This document shows, in pieces, positions 47,475 to 60,600 of a stretch of DNA of 64,000 nt. The notes under the pieces were generated by a model. The model did not search any database. It had not been told where the DNA came from and worked only from the letters and a program-made list of their open reading frames with translations. Numbering within the stretch: position 1 is the stretch's first letter; every line of letters starts with the position of its first letter. The stretch is taken from contig LSRY02000014.1 of the NCBI GenBank assembly GCA_001643675.2, positions 310,001 to 374,000 of the forward strand, in the 5' to 3' direction. The position numbers were made by a program, and so were the translations under genes. Source of the DNA: Monocercomonoides exilis PA203. Its lineage: Eukaryota; Protista; Preaxostyla.

Positions 47475-50400
47475 ATGAGCCAAAAAAATGATATCTTAAT
47501 TGGCGCAATTCCTAACTTTCAAGAATATAAGCAAGTTATACAAGTTGATAATAAATTCATTGTGCAAGATGCTCCGAAACAAGAAAAAAAGAATTTAATT
47601 GCTCGCCTTTTTCAGCATTTTAATTATTTCGCAATACATTTTTGTTACGTCATTGTATGATTCCTTTTTATAAATAATTTTTATAAATTTAATTCTGTTT
47701 TCATATTTTTCTTATTTTTGAAAACAGTTTATATCATTATTCTTTGCCCTTTTGCTTTTGATTTGGGAAAAGGATCTTTCATTCATCGATAGCTTTTATC
47801 TCACATCATCGTCGTTATGTACTGTTGGGTTTTCGACTCTTACGGTCACTAATTCAAAATTTGCCACTCAAATTGTTCTCACGTTGACATCTCTTCTTGG
47901 TGGGCCTTGCTTACTTTCGTTATTACCGTTATTTCTAAAGCGAAGATATATCAGAAAGCATTTTAATCATCCTGTTATTCGTAAGACTGTCAAAGTTGAA
48001 GAAGAAGACAATTCAAATGAAGATTCATCAACGAATGCAGAACGTGAAGGAATGACTTCGATGAAGGCAACCGAAACTGGAAACTCGGAATCAGATAATC
48101 TTATTGCGTTTCTAGAAAAGCAGAGAATGATCGAAGAGCAAAGAGAACAACTTAAGAAACAGCTCCGAACAATTCCACCATCACCTCTTTTAACAATACA
48201 CTTACCACAGTTTACTGTTTTTTCAGAAAAAAGGAAAAAATCATCTGAACAATTAAATTCTAATGTTGAAAGTTTTCCATCAAGTAAGTTGTCGATCTCA
48301 TCAAATTTACATCGCTTTACAACTCGTCCTCCTCCTTCTTCGTCAGGATTATCTGCTTCTCGATCCAGTGACGATCATAAAAACCTTCCTCCTCGGCCGC
48401 AAAAGGTCTCATTCCATTCATCGACCACTTCATCCACACCTTCATTTGATCATTCTGCTAATGTCAGCATCAGTACATCTTCTGCCATTGCAACCACTCA
48501 ATCAGCACGCGATCAAAGTGAAAGCAGCGCAAGTACAACTTCATCTCTGTCTATCTCTCCTGTCTCTTCTCATGTGAATGCTCAGGATCACACATTTACA
48601 GCCGAAGCTGATTTGCTTCGTCACATGAGAGAAAATGAAATAAGTGAAGTGAGAGGCAAAGAAGACTCTGAAACAGAGGTAACATCAGTTGCTGACGCAT
48701 CTTCAAACACGAGAGACACTTCATCACGTTCTCCATCTCACACAATCACGTCAACTTTCTTCAATCCTCCGCTATCCTCGTCCACATCTTACTCGTCCGG
48801 CGATCCTCTTCTTGTGAAGTCTGAGTGCTCTGCCTCAACAAGCACATCAAATCAAACTTCGACTCCCAGCCGCTCTCACAAAAAACAAAAAACGCACTCT
48901 TCTCGCCGCATCGCCTTTGGCGATTTGCCACCAACTTTCACTTTCAATCCTGCGTTGCATGCATTGCCCACTTCTTTATCTACCAAAAACTCTTCTGCAA
49001 AGGCTTCTCCATTTTCATTTGTGTCTGAAGCTGGTCTTGAAATTCCTTCATCCTCTGAGACTTTTTCAACCTCATTGCTTTCTTCCGCACATTCAAAGAA
49101 TGCAAAAGCGAAGCGGACATCACATCAATTCCAATTGCATGATGGATGGCAAAATTCTTCTGTGTCTACCGTGTCGGCTGTGCATGTGCCGATATCTTTG
49201 AATACAAAGCCAATTCATCGACTTTCCAAGCAATCTTCTGTAAAAAGTGCGACTTCCACTTCCACAGTGTCCGATGCTGAAAAGAGCAGCATGACAACTG
49301 ATGGTCATTCATCTGGTTATTCTTCGACTGTCTTTCCGCTCACATCTGAAGCAACTATCATTTCAGCACATCACACAGTTTCTGGTACGCTAGCACCACA
49401 CGCAGCACAACAGCTCATTCAGATACTCAAGTTGGCAAAGAAAGAGAGCGATAAAGCGAAGAAGAAAGAAGAAAGAGAGAGAAGAAAGAAAGAGGCAGAG
49501 AAGTTGAAGCAACAGGTGGATGAAATCAAAAGAAATCATCTGACGCAATTAGAAATGAACGATGTTGCATATTCTTCGTTCACGTTCCCTCGGCCACAAG
49601 ATATGCAGGAATCTGAAACACTGCCTTCTGCACCAGCTTCTGATCATGACTTATCTATTCCTCCTATTTCATCATCATCTTCTTCTTCTTCTGCTTCTGC
49701 TTCTGCATCTGCGTCTTCTTCTTCTTCTTCTTCTTCTTCTTCCTCATCCTCCTCATCCTCATTTGATTCTAATGTTGCACCCAGCAAGTTATTCAAATCA
49801 GCTTCAACTCCTAGTTTTCCATCTCAAAAGCCGCCTGTTCAGAAGGGCTTACGGAGAAATCGTCGAGCCACAGACGATCGTGGGCAGCGCTCGGGCCAAG
49901 TGATTGCCACAATTATGAATGAAGGCTATGTTGCTCCAGCAACTGATTGCAACCTGAAAGAAAAGGAAGCAATGCCGTTGTACATGTTTTCTCTCGAGTA
50001 TCTTGCAATGGGAGAAATTATCTTTTCGATGTTTGCTTACATTCTGACGTGGTATGTGTTGTGCACAGCTGTTATCACCATTTACGGGCTGTGCACGCCT
50101 TCTGTGAGGCTGATGATGGAGTTGAACATGAAGGATACATTTGGAACATCCGAAGATTCGATTTATTCAGCTGAAATTTCTGCTGGCTGTGTATTCCGTG
50201 CTATCTGGTGGTCGTTTTTCATTGTGGTTTCCTCTTTCAGCACGACTGGATTTTCACTCACAGGAGATTCGCTCGCATCGATATTGGCTGACAATCACTA
50301 TGTCATTGTCATTGTGCTGACGCTTGCAATGATTGGAGGAGGAGCCGGTATTTTCCCATTGCCGTTTTCTCTGTTTATGCGGATGCGAAAATGGTTTGCG

Positions 50401-53400
50401 CAGAAAAAGAAGAAAGTGCAAGTGATCGACTATGTGCTGACTCATCCTCGCGAAATCTATTCGTCGCTGTTTGGAATTGTCGAAGTTGCTGTGCTTTCGC
50501 TGTCATTCTTTGCCATCTGCCTTCTTGAGGTCATATTTGTTGTGGCACTGGACTTCAACAGAAACTCGCTCAACGTGCTGCATCCGGTGGCTCGGATAGC
50601 CGCGGCAATTGTTCAGTCTGTGAGCAACAGAGGATGTGGAGTGTCGTTCGTAGATATGAATAGCATTCAACTGGGCTGTTTGACGTTGTTCTGCATCACA
50701 ATGGTCTTGTCAATGTATCCGTTCACTCTCACACTGAATGCTACGGCAATAAGCGTCGAGCAAATAAAAGTTCAGCGGAAGATTACAGAAGGAATAAAGG
50801 AAGAAAGAGCAAGAAATGAAGAATTGGATGATATGAAAGCTGGCTTTAAAGGGAAAAATGGAAGAAGGAAAAATGAAATGCAAAGTGAAGACTCTGAATC
50901 AGATGAAACAGACGAACTTGAAACTGACAGTGAAAGCGAAGAAAGCACAGAATCTGAAGAGGAATCAAAGCACAAGATTGCAAGCGAAGTGGAGAGTGAA
51001 GATAATTTGTTAGCCAGAAAAGAAAAGAAGCTCCTTTCTTCTGAAATCTCAGATGGAAAAGAAATAATGATGTCAGACAGCAACTTGGAGAGGCCAAGAA
51101 ATAGAAAAAGGCAAACGAAAAAGCAAATAAAACGCAAAACTCGTTCTGTAAATCGTGCAACAGACACATCAAGTGCTTCATTCTCGATATACTCATCTCC
51201 GTCTTCTGGCGCTATTCATTCATACAATTTACCAAATGTACAGCAACAGCAACGTTCGCCTTCTTTGCAAAAGAAGTCATACATAGCTGCGTCTGCCACA
51301 TCTTCGTTGACTCCAATGTATCCGTCTTATCCCTCAAATATCCCTCCTCCCCCTTCTTCTGTTGTCAATCCGTGGAAAAACACGCTTTCGTTCTATCGCC
51401 AGCGAGTTGCGAAGTTAAACGACCCGTCTGATCCACACAGCAGAGGCAGGCTCATTCAACCTATTTTAATGCCGCGGTCGATTCAGAAACCCCCTCCTTC
51501 GATGTTTCCTTCGTTTGTTGTTCCATCTTCAACGGCATCTTCCTTTCCAGTTTCTTCTTCCGCCTCTGATTTGGCCAACGCGTCTGATGCAAAGGCACAA
51601 TCATCACAACAGAATAATAATCCTTCTTCGCCATCTTCAAGCCAACCATTTGTCGAACCTTTTCAGATTGTCAATAGAAAAGAAGTGGAGCAGCTGAGGG
51701 AAAGCGAGACGATGCCTTCTTTCAGCAGTTCCCATCAACAGCTTCAGTCCACAAGCACTTTGAGCGTTGGAACTATTTCTTCTCAGTCGCCAACATCACC
51801 TCAACATTCTCATTCACCTCGATCAAATTCCTTCTTTAAGTATCTCTTCAAACATCCTGCCAACAAGCAAAGTGATATTGAAAAAGGTTTATCTTCATAT
51901 TCAAGCTCAAGTAATAGTGTTGCTGATTCAAGTTCAGGCCTTCAAGAAAGATCCAATTTACAAGCAAATAAAGAGTCAGAGGATAATCAGCCCCTTAGTG
52001 GTGGAACCGAAATGGAAAAAACGAAATCTCATAAACAAAGTTATGAGTCGAAAAATGAATTAAAAGTTGACTCTCAAGAACAAGAAATGGACGATGATCT
52101 TACTGTAAGATCGAGTGCTTCACAACAGTCAAGAGCATCTCAATTGTTATCTCCTCCTTTCATTAGAAAATCTCCGCAGCCAGCTGAAGAGTCATCAGCT
52201 TCGGCTCCACTTCTTTGTGATTCGTCTTCCGAACCATCAGCTGGTTTTACTTCTACAAGCAGTTCTTCTTCGAGTTCTCGCTCAATGGTTGAAAATTCCC
52301 ATATTGTCAAAGGTCCTTCACAAAGGATTAATCAGCATTCTGAAGATGGAAGTTACTCAAATACTGTTAAGCAATCAACAAGAGTCAAAGCTGAAGGAGA
52401 AGACTCGAATCCCTTAAATGCTACAGCTGATGTGAGCCAAGTTTCTGCAGTAGAAGGAAAGCTTCCCCTTTCTCCATTTCTTTCGCGTCATCCAATTATT
52501 AATGCGCTTTACAGGCTTTGTCAGGACGTGGCATCAGTGCAACGGGAGCAGCCTCTTCTTCGTGATCTGCTTTGGATGATAAGCGCATGGATTCTGATCA
52601 TCAGTGTAGAAAATGCACGTGCAACTTACAGTCAAAACTCTTTGTCGTATCTTCCATCATCCATTTACTCAGCAGCTTCAAATAATACAGGGCTTCAAAC
52701 TCAGACGGAGAAATATTCACTTATCGATAAAATGCCTTCTTCAACAACTATGACTACTGGTGCTACAGCCACAATGGTAACTCCAATCATTTTGCTGTAT
52801 GAAATATCCTCAGCATACAGCGGCTGTGGGATCTCTTTGGGATACAATGGCTCGTCTGATTCACTTTCCAATCACTTGACGATGTTCACTAAGATAGCGA
52901 TAATTATTGTGATGGTGATGGGAAAGCATCGAGGCTTGCCAACTGAAGTCGACAGGTCAATTTCTGCAGAGTCATTTGAAGGAGCACCGGAAGAAGTATT
53001 TCGGCTTCTTGCTTGGGATGAAGTGAGGGAGATGGGATATACAAAGGAAGGTAGAAAGAAGAAAGGAAGAAAAGATGATAATGAAGATGAAGAAGGAGGA
53101 AAAGAAGATGAAAATAAAGATGGGAGAGAAGATGAATTTGTGAACGTTACTCGTTCTGATGGAGAAATTCAGGATGGAGAAATTGATACCAATCAAATTG
53201 AAGGTAATAATTCCCAACATATTGGAGGGCATCTGTTATCTTTGAATGATAACGAACATGTTCATATGAAGAGTTCACCATCATCGTATCAGCATCCAGA
53301 TTATGATTATCAACAAACGGATAGCCCATATTTCAATCGCAATAATTCAGCAAATGTTTTGTCAAATAGAGGTAATTCATCTGAAATGATTCAAAGGCAA

Positions 53401-55410
53401 ATGATTGAAAGTGAAACTAATCGAGGAGAGAATGTGAAAGATAAAACAAATTGTCAACAAAGTTCAGCAAATGCCAAAAATACAAGGTCGGACAATGAAT
53501 CATCTGATCAAAGAGAATCGTTGGAGAAACATAAACGAGAGAGAGCAAGAAATAAGGAAACTGATATATTTTATTTACTGAACAAAAAGGAGGAGAAAGA
53601 TTCATTTCAGCAACACAACTCAACTGAAAGGCTTCAATCTTTAGAAAGATCTCCGACACCAATTATTCCTCACTCAAATGGAACAACCTCACGATTGCAT
53701 CAGCAAGATCTTTCTACTGACTCTGAACCATCTGAGCAATCCAAGCTTCTTAGACCAGATGCCCACAGCTATTCGACTTTCTCTTCTTCTGTGCAGCCTT
53801 CATCTAGTATCAATGAACAAGCCCAAAGACATTCTATTGCATCATCATCTTCACCATTGCAATCAAGTTTGACGCAATCACCAAGTGAAAGAAGAGAGTA
53901 CGAATCAATTTTGAAAGAGTTTCCAACATTTCCATCTGCCCTGAACTCAATAAGATCAACGCCAGTCGTTCTGAATTCACCGCGATTTTCATTTCACACA
54001 CCCCCATTTTCATCTTCTTTAACATCCGATTCTTCAACCGATGAATTGTCGTTACACGCCTCTGATTCTCCGCACACTCCTCCTTTTTCATTTGGCTCTT
54101 TTCCTCAGGCTCCACATTCAGCAGACTTAAACAGAAACTCTGCATCTCACTTCACTCCGACCCAGTCTCCGCCTTTGGACTTTTCTTATTCTACTTCATC
54201 TCCTGCAAATTCTGATGAGCGCATTCCTCATTCGTCTTTGTCTTCAATGTCTTCTTTGGATTCTCTTTCTCCAATTTCGTCTGTATTATCGAGTCCATCT
54301 GTTTCTTCATCTCGCAATTCTTCTCATTCATTTGCAACAGAATCCCCAAAACAAACAAGCGGAAATGAAGTTGGTGATGATTTTTATCAGCTATCGCCCA
54401 CTGTTTTTAACAGTAACTCTCCTCATAATAAATCGAGCAGTTTTGAGTTAAGTCTTTATACAGAACCATCTGTCGGAACTGTGCATCATGAAAATTTCTC
54501 TGATGCTAATATCGATGATGAAAATGAGTCAAATAACAATTTTGAATTTAAACAAAACGCAACAGACGAGCAGACGAGAGAACATGAAGAAGCACTTTGG
54601 AAGCAAAATTTTGATAATTCAACAAGTTCAGACGATCAACAAGAAACTTCACGGTTCGATCAACAGTCACGGCCTGGAGAAGAGGTGGAAGCGCTTCAAG
54701 AAAATTCTTCATTTCTTTCGGCGAATAATCCTCCTAAACATTTGCATCCGAATGCTCAGAATACTCCATCAGTTCAACCTTCAACACAATTTCAGGAATC
54801 AACCTGCGACTCTGAGTCAACTTCTTCAACTGCTTTTTCTTTTCAATCTTCATCATTTGGAGCACCGTCAGAAAATGCAAGTGAAGCAAGCAAAAGTGGA
54901 AAAGGAACAAGTTGTTATCAGCCACATACACTGCCTCAGTCATATTCTGGTCCGTTTGACATGTCGCATATTCATTTTTCAATATCTCCATTGACCCACA
55001 GCGAGCTTGCTTCATCTTCGCTTTCTGTTGAGCAGAGTTCTCCCTTTGAAGATAATTCTTCGTTAAGTGATTTGTCTTTAACGGACAAAGTCACAGGCGC
55101 GAATCAATCGACATTTCATCCTTCTGCTTCTCCTATTCGTTTTTCGCATCATCGTACAGTTTCAAATATTCATGGAATGGATCATTCTTTGAAAAGATCT
55201 CAAAATGAAGAAACAGATGAACAAGTTCAAAGCCAACAAGAACAGCCTGAATTTCCGCCAACAGAAGATAGAAAAAGTGGGCTGACACAATCGGATTGCG
55301 CTTCAAAGCATCTGCTTTCATTGTTTATTCCACCAACAGACTGTCCGTCGATTGAACCTACACAAATACAAAAGCCTTCACAACAAGAAAATGGAAATAA
55401 CATCACGTAG
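47475..55410 (+). CDS. TRK: Trk/HKT-family (fungal TRK-like) K+ transporter with very long Ser-rich loops; exons 47475-47654 and 47728-55410
   Basis: FNYFAIHFCY, FIDSFYLTSSSLCTVGFST, SSFSTTGFSLTGDS, QSVSNRGCGVSFVD, YEISSAYSGCGISLGY, MGKHRGLPTEVDRSI: four pore loops and the Trk C-terminal signature. Intron 47655-47727 is phase 0. Confidence 0.9.
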
Positions 55411-56079
55411 TTTTGGAATTGTTTGAACTATTCAAAAAAAAAAAAAAATATCTTTTGATGGATATTTACTCTTATTCATGTGAGCAATTATGAATGACTA
55501 AAAGTTGTTGTGTAATCTTAAAGTTTTCACAATTTTTGAGATGATGAGCCTGATAGCCCAGGAAAGAGCAACCATGGATTTGTTGATCGCCACATAAAGA
55601 ATTGAAAGTGCATGAACAATGAAAAAGAAAAGGGTGATCTATTATTTATTTATGCGCGTATTTTTTCTGTAGGAATTCTCACAAATAGTTGTTAGTGGTA
55701 ATTTGAATTTATATATTATTTTTTTTTCACATCTTTTCAAAAGAATTGAATTGTTTTGCTTGCACAATTTATTGCGGAGTGTTATTTAAATCAAGAATAT
55801 ATTACAATAAAATTTTTTATCGACATTAAAAATGATAATTGCAACCAGATGTTTTGCATTTATTATCATTTTGTCAAATAAATACATAATTAAAACTTTT
55901 CGAAGAATTATTTCTGATATTCGAAATACTGATAATTGTTGTCCTTCATTTTATATTGGACTGGAAACGAAAACACTGTACCAACGAAAACAATCTATCC
56001 TTTTTATTGTTGTTTTTTCTTTTCTTAAGTTGAAGAGCATTGTGTTTTTTCTTTCTGTAAAAATGATTTTTGAACAATG

Positions 56080-56080
<1 letters not shown>

Positions 56081-56115
<35 letters not shown>

Positions 56116-56156
56116 AAAAAAAAAAAAAGAAGAAGAAGAAGAAAAAGAAGAAGAAA

Positions 56157-56187
<31 letters not shown>

Positions 56188-56188
56188 C
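56081..56188. repeat. (AC)n microsatellite followed by A / AAG / AAAAAG simple repeats
   Basis: Seen directly. Confidence 0.9.
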
Positions 56189-56346
56189 TTGTTTTATTCT
56201 TCATTCGTGAAATGAAAAAATGAAAATCCTTTCCACAATAATTAAAGTGTGGGACAATATTATTGCATCTACGATATAAACAACCAATTGCACAAAAAAT
56301 TTTTGTCATTATATTCTTTCATTTCTCACATTCCTATTAAAAAAAT

Positions 56347-57333
56347 GGGTGCGATATGAACTAACAAGCTTTTTTTTGCACAAAGGTCAAAAAAATAGTT
56401 TCACTCATAACTGGACGAACTCTCTCACATTGCAGAATATATTGGATTCTCATATCTATTAACATGTTTCATTAATATTACAACATTATGTTTTGTCACC
56501 TTTCATGAATTTCAAAAAATAAACCAATTTTTTTCATTTTTTTTACACAAAAAGTTAATGAAAAGAACATAATTTTTCAATAAAAAAGCTTGAAATCACA
56601 AAATTACACCCATATATTTTCATATTCAATATATCTGATTTCTTCAAAATGGAAGCTCCTTCAAGTTTCTTTCAGTCGCATATTTAGTGTTATTCCACGG
56701 AATACTTTTAAATGCGGATTGTGAAAATTGATAACAAAATGAGATGTTCAGGAAATCAGAAAAAATAATGGATGCAACTTTTTTTAAAAAGAATAACTTT
56801 GTCAATTTTCGAGAACAGAAAAAATAGCAATTAAAAAAAATTTGGATGAAAATTTTAGAAATCATAATTTTTTTCGTGATGTTAACAATTATAAAAACTT
56901 ATTGTTGTTGAAAATTAATTTATCGTTGATATGTGCAATATCTTTCAAATGCATCAAAAGCTAATATTTGAAGAAAAAAAAAAGAAAGATAGAAAAGAAA
57001 AGAAAAGATATTTTTCAAGGGAATTATCACTTTTCAATGTTCAATAACAAATTTTCAAAACAAATGGGACAAAATATTCCACTTCAGGCATTTTCAGTGA
57101 AAAATTATACATTTTTTATTGACTTTATTATGTCAAAAGACACAATAAAAATATGTTTATTTTTTGACATTCGTAAAATGTTGGAAAACTTATTGTTTTG
57201 ATTTCAACGATGCCTGTTAACGGGAATGAAAAATAAATTTATATCAATATCTGATTAAGTTTAATAATGTTATAAGTGAAGCAATTTTCTCAAACTTTGT
57301 GCAAAAAAAGCTTGAAAGTCCGTATTTTCCCCC
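56347..57333. mobile_element. Degenerate non-autonomous long-TIR DNA element (MULE/foldback-like), ~990 bp
   Basis: GGG...CCC ends. Diverged inverted arms of ~250 bp (about 56347-56600 vs 57083-57333) share colinear blocks CAAGCTTTTTTTGCACAAAG, TTCACTyATAAC, TCAAAAAATAAAC and ATAATTTTTCA. No coding capacity. Confidence 0.7.
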
Positions 57334-57626
57334 AAATACACAATCCGAAAATTTCGTTGGAAATATATTGTTTTGAAAAATAATTCCAAATTTAGTATTA
57401 TTACTGGTATTCAATTTGAAAAAAATTGAGTTAACAAAAAATTCTTCTTTGTGTTTTGACGAGAAACTTTTCTTTACAATGAGGGGTTAAGCAATTCTAA
57501 AAATTATGTGAAACTTTATTTATTAATGTTTTTTTTATAATATGAGAAAAAGAAAAAGAAAAAACTTTTTTGTTTTCCAAAATGATTTATTTGGGAAAAA
57601 ATTTATTTGAGGGTTAGATCTAAAAC

Positions 57627-60600
57627 ATGTGCTCCATTCCAGTTAATCCTGAGAGATATCAGAATTATAGTTTTTTCTTGAGCGATAAATTAGATGCAGA
57701 GCGTTTTAGAACTATTTTATCGAATGAAATAAGTGAATTAACATCACTTTCAGATCTTTACAAAAAGGAAACTGATCTGTTTCAACAACAAGCAATAGAA
57801 AAAAGAAAATTATTACAAACGAAGGTGCACGCATTATATATTAGTTTTAACACGAAAATTTAAGAATATTTATTTTTTTATATTTTTTTATTTCAGACTT
57901 TAGCTCAAACTGTTAATGTTGAAAATTTTCAAAGGGGAAATGTCTCTAAATCTAGACCTCTTACACCGTTTACACTTGAAATTTGCTTAAGTTTAGCAAA
58001 AACTTTATCAAAATCATTACCATCTGAAGTTATGAATTGCTTGAATGACATATGCAAAGCTCTTGAAAGATTAGCTCCTTGCCAGCTACCACCATCAGCT
58101 TTACCACAGTATAAATTAATTGAAGATCTTATAACAGCATCAAAAACAAACAATGATATGCAAATTCAAATCGTGCCAATGTTGCTTTCATTATCACTTT
58201 CAAGTGGAAGATTGAGATATGCTTTACGCGCAGCAAATGAATTTCTAAGGCTTAGTGGTGGAATGTCATCTTTGTTTCCATTATTTGCAAAGAGTCATCT
58301 CCATTCAAATAAGGATAATATTGCAGAACAAAACAAAAAACCTTTATCAATATCTCAACTTCGCAGAGCAATGAATAAAGTTTGGAAATTCTGTGTTGAA
58401 TATCACAGACCTATTATTCCAAATGTCTTTGATTCGAAGGACATGTCAAAAATTGATATTTCGATAAGTTCCGGCGAAGGAGAAGTTTCGATAGAGAAAG
58501 TGCTTTGTGCAGCTTATGATGGAAAATACATTTATGTATTAAATTCTATGGGCCTTCTTCGTCGCATCGGATCTGGCAATTTTGAAACAATGAAAGGAAA
58601 AGAATATCTACTGAAAAATGTTTCTGAAAAGGATAATCAAAATTTCGGTTGTTTTGATCTGAAGAAACAGAACTATATTTTGAAAAATCCACAAGAAGAT
58701 TCAAGAATAATTGGTATCGCATACCCTTCCAGGGCTCTTATCGTAGTACACAGAACAGTTCTAATAAACAACCAACAGTTTAAACATGAAGCACATCGGT
58801 TGAAGGAAAATGTGAAGCTTGGAATGGAGTGGAAAGAAGAAGATTGCATGATGAGCGTATTTATGGGAGAAAGATTGGAGCACAGTCATTTGGTGTTTGG
58901 AAGATGCCCCCATCAAGCAACTGAAGAGAATGAAAGAAACGTTTCGAAGAAGGATCAGCAACAGAACAGTAAACGAGTGTACATTGATATTCCTGATATA
59001 TACAATGAAGTTGAAGTTCTAAGTGGTACATTTGAGTTTGTAAGAAATGAGTTGCGAAAGAAAATGCTTATGGGAGGAGAAACAGACATCGATTCACCGA
59101 GTGCTTCAAACGATAAAACTTCAGCAAATAATTCTTTGTCAAAATCAATGAAATCATCTGAAAGTGATGCGCTGAACAATAATGAACAAGCAAATCAGAC
59201 AAAGGAAGAATCATCTGACGAATCTAGCTCAGATATTGATTTTGAAGAAACGGATGACTCCGAAGAAGAAGAAGATTGTGGTGACATTTTGACTTCTTCA
59301 AAGAAGAAATTTAAAAGCACAAAGCAGAAGAAATCTGAATTCATATCTGCAGAGAGTCTGAAGCAAAATGGAATGAAAGAGATGGCAGTATTCATAAGCG
59401 ATGGGCAATACATATACCGTGTTTCCACACTCGTACACAACGAAAACGAGCACATGAGTTTTCTTCTCATTCATGTGTACGATCCATCGTCTGCCACGTC
59501 AACTACATGGCCTATTATTCGGCGTCATATTGTCAACACTTCTTTCAATAACATTCGTGTAAGATGTTCCGACTGCGGATCGAGCATTGATACAAGCAGG
59601 AACTATCCTTTTTACATAAACGATTCAAACTGCAATCATTGTAACCTACAAGATTATAAGCAGCGCATTCTTTGCCAAAAATGCGCCACGTCTGGTTGTT
59701 ATGCGGACGGCTTTTACGAACGCAATGCATCGCATGCAGTGAAAATTTCAAGAGCAAATTTTGTTAATTTTACATTTAATGACTTGAATAATGGTAGCTG
59801 TTTTGCAGCTGGAAGAAGCTTGGCTGTTCGGCTGGATAATATCTCCAATGACCTTGTGGTGTTTGATTTATGGGAAACACTTGAAGAAGACGGAACCCCT
59901 TCTTTCAGCAGAAGAACCCAACAAAATACTGCTTTTAGAAACAAAACAGACGGAGAAAATAAAAAAGGAAAGTCGAAGTCAAAAGCAATGCGAAAGAATG
60001 AAGAAGACAACGAAGATGAATCTTCATCTGATTCCGATCCATTTGCAGAATATGATTTAGAAATGGAAAGCAGAAAGCGCAAATCTGAAGAAAACGATGA
60101 TGAAGAAGAGGACGAAGAAGACCAGATGAGCTCAAATTATGATGAGCACGTTTGCAAAACAGCAGCGTGCACACCTTTGATTGATAAGCTTGAAGGCTTT
60201 CTTTTATTCGATCGAGCGTCGAACGAGTTGTTTGTTAAATCGAGAAGTATGATGAATTTAACTTATCATGACTGCGGGATTGTTCCGTCGCTTCCATATG
60301 ACCACAATGATCAGACATGGATGTATTTGAACGACGAAAAGAAGGAAACAAAAGATGAAGAAGAGAAAGAGAAAACAAGAAAAGCCAATAACAATGAGAA
60401 AGAGAAAGTTACTTATTTAACCCTTCTTTTTGAGATAGAGAGGGCAATTAACGCACTGAAGACTACCTCTGATGCAGATGAAGCGAAAAAAATAGAGTCA
60501 TATGCACTTTGCTTAATGGGACTGGCATTGTTTATGAAGTGTGAAGAGCTTAATATTTCCCAAGTGTGCAAGACAGGAGCACACATTCCAGATGAATGTG

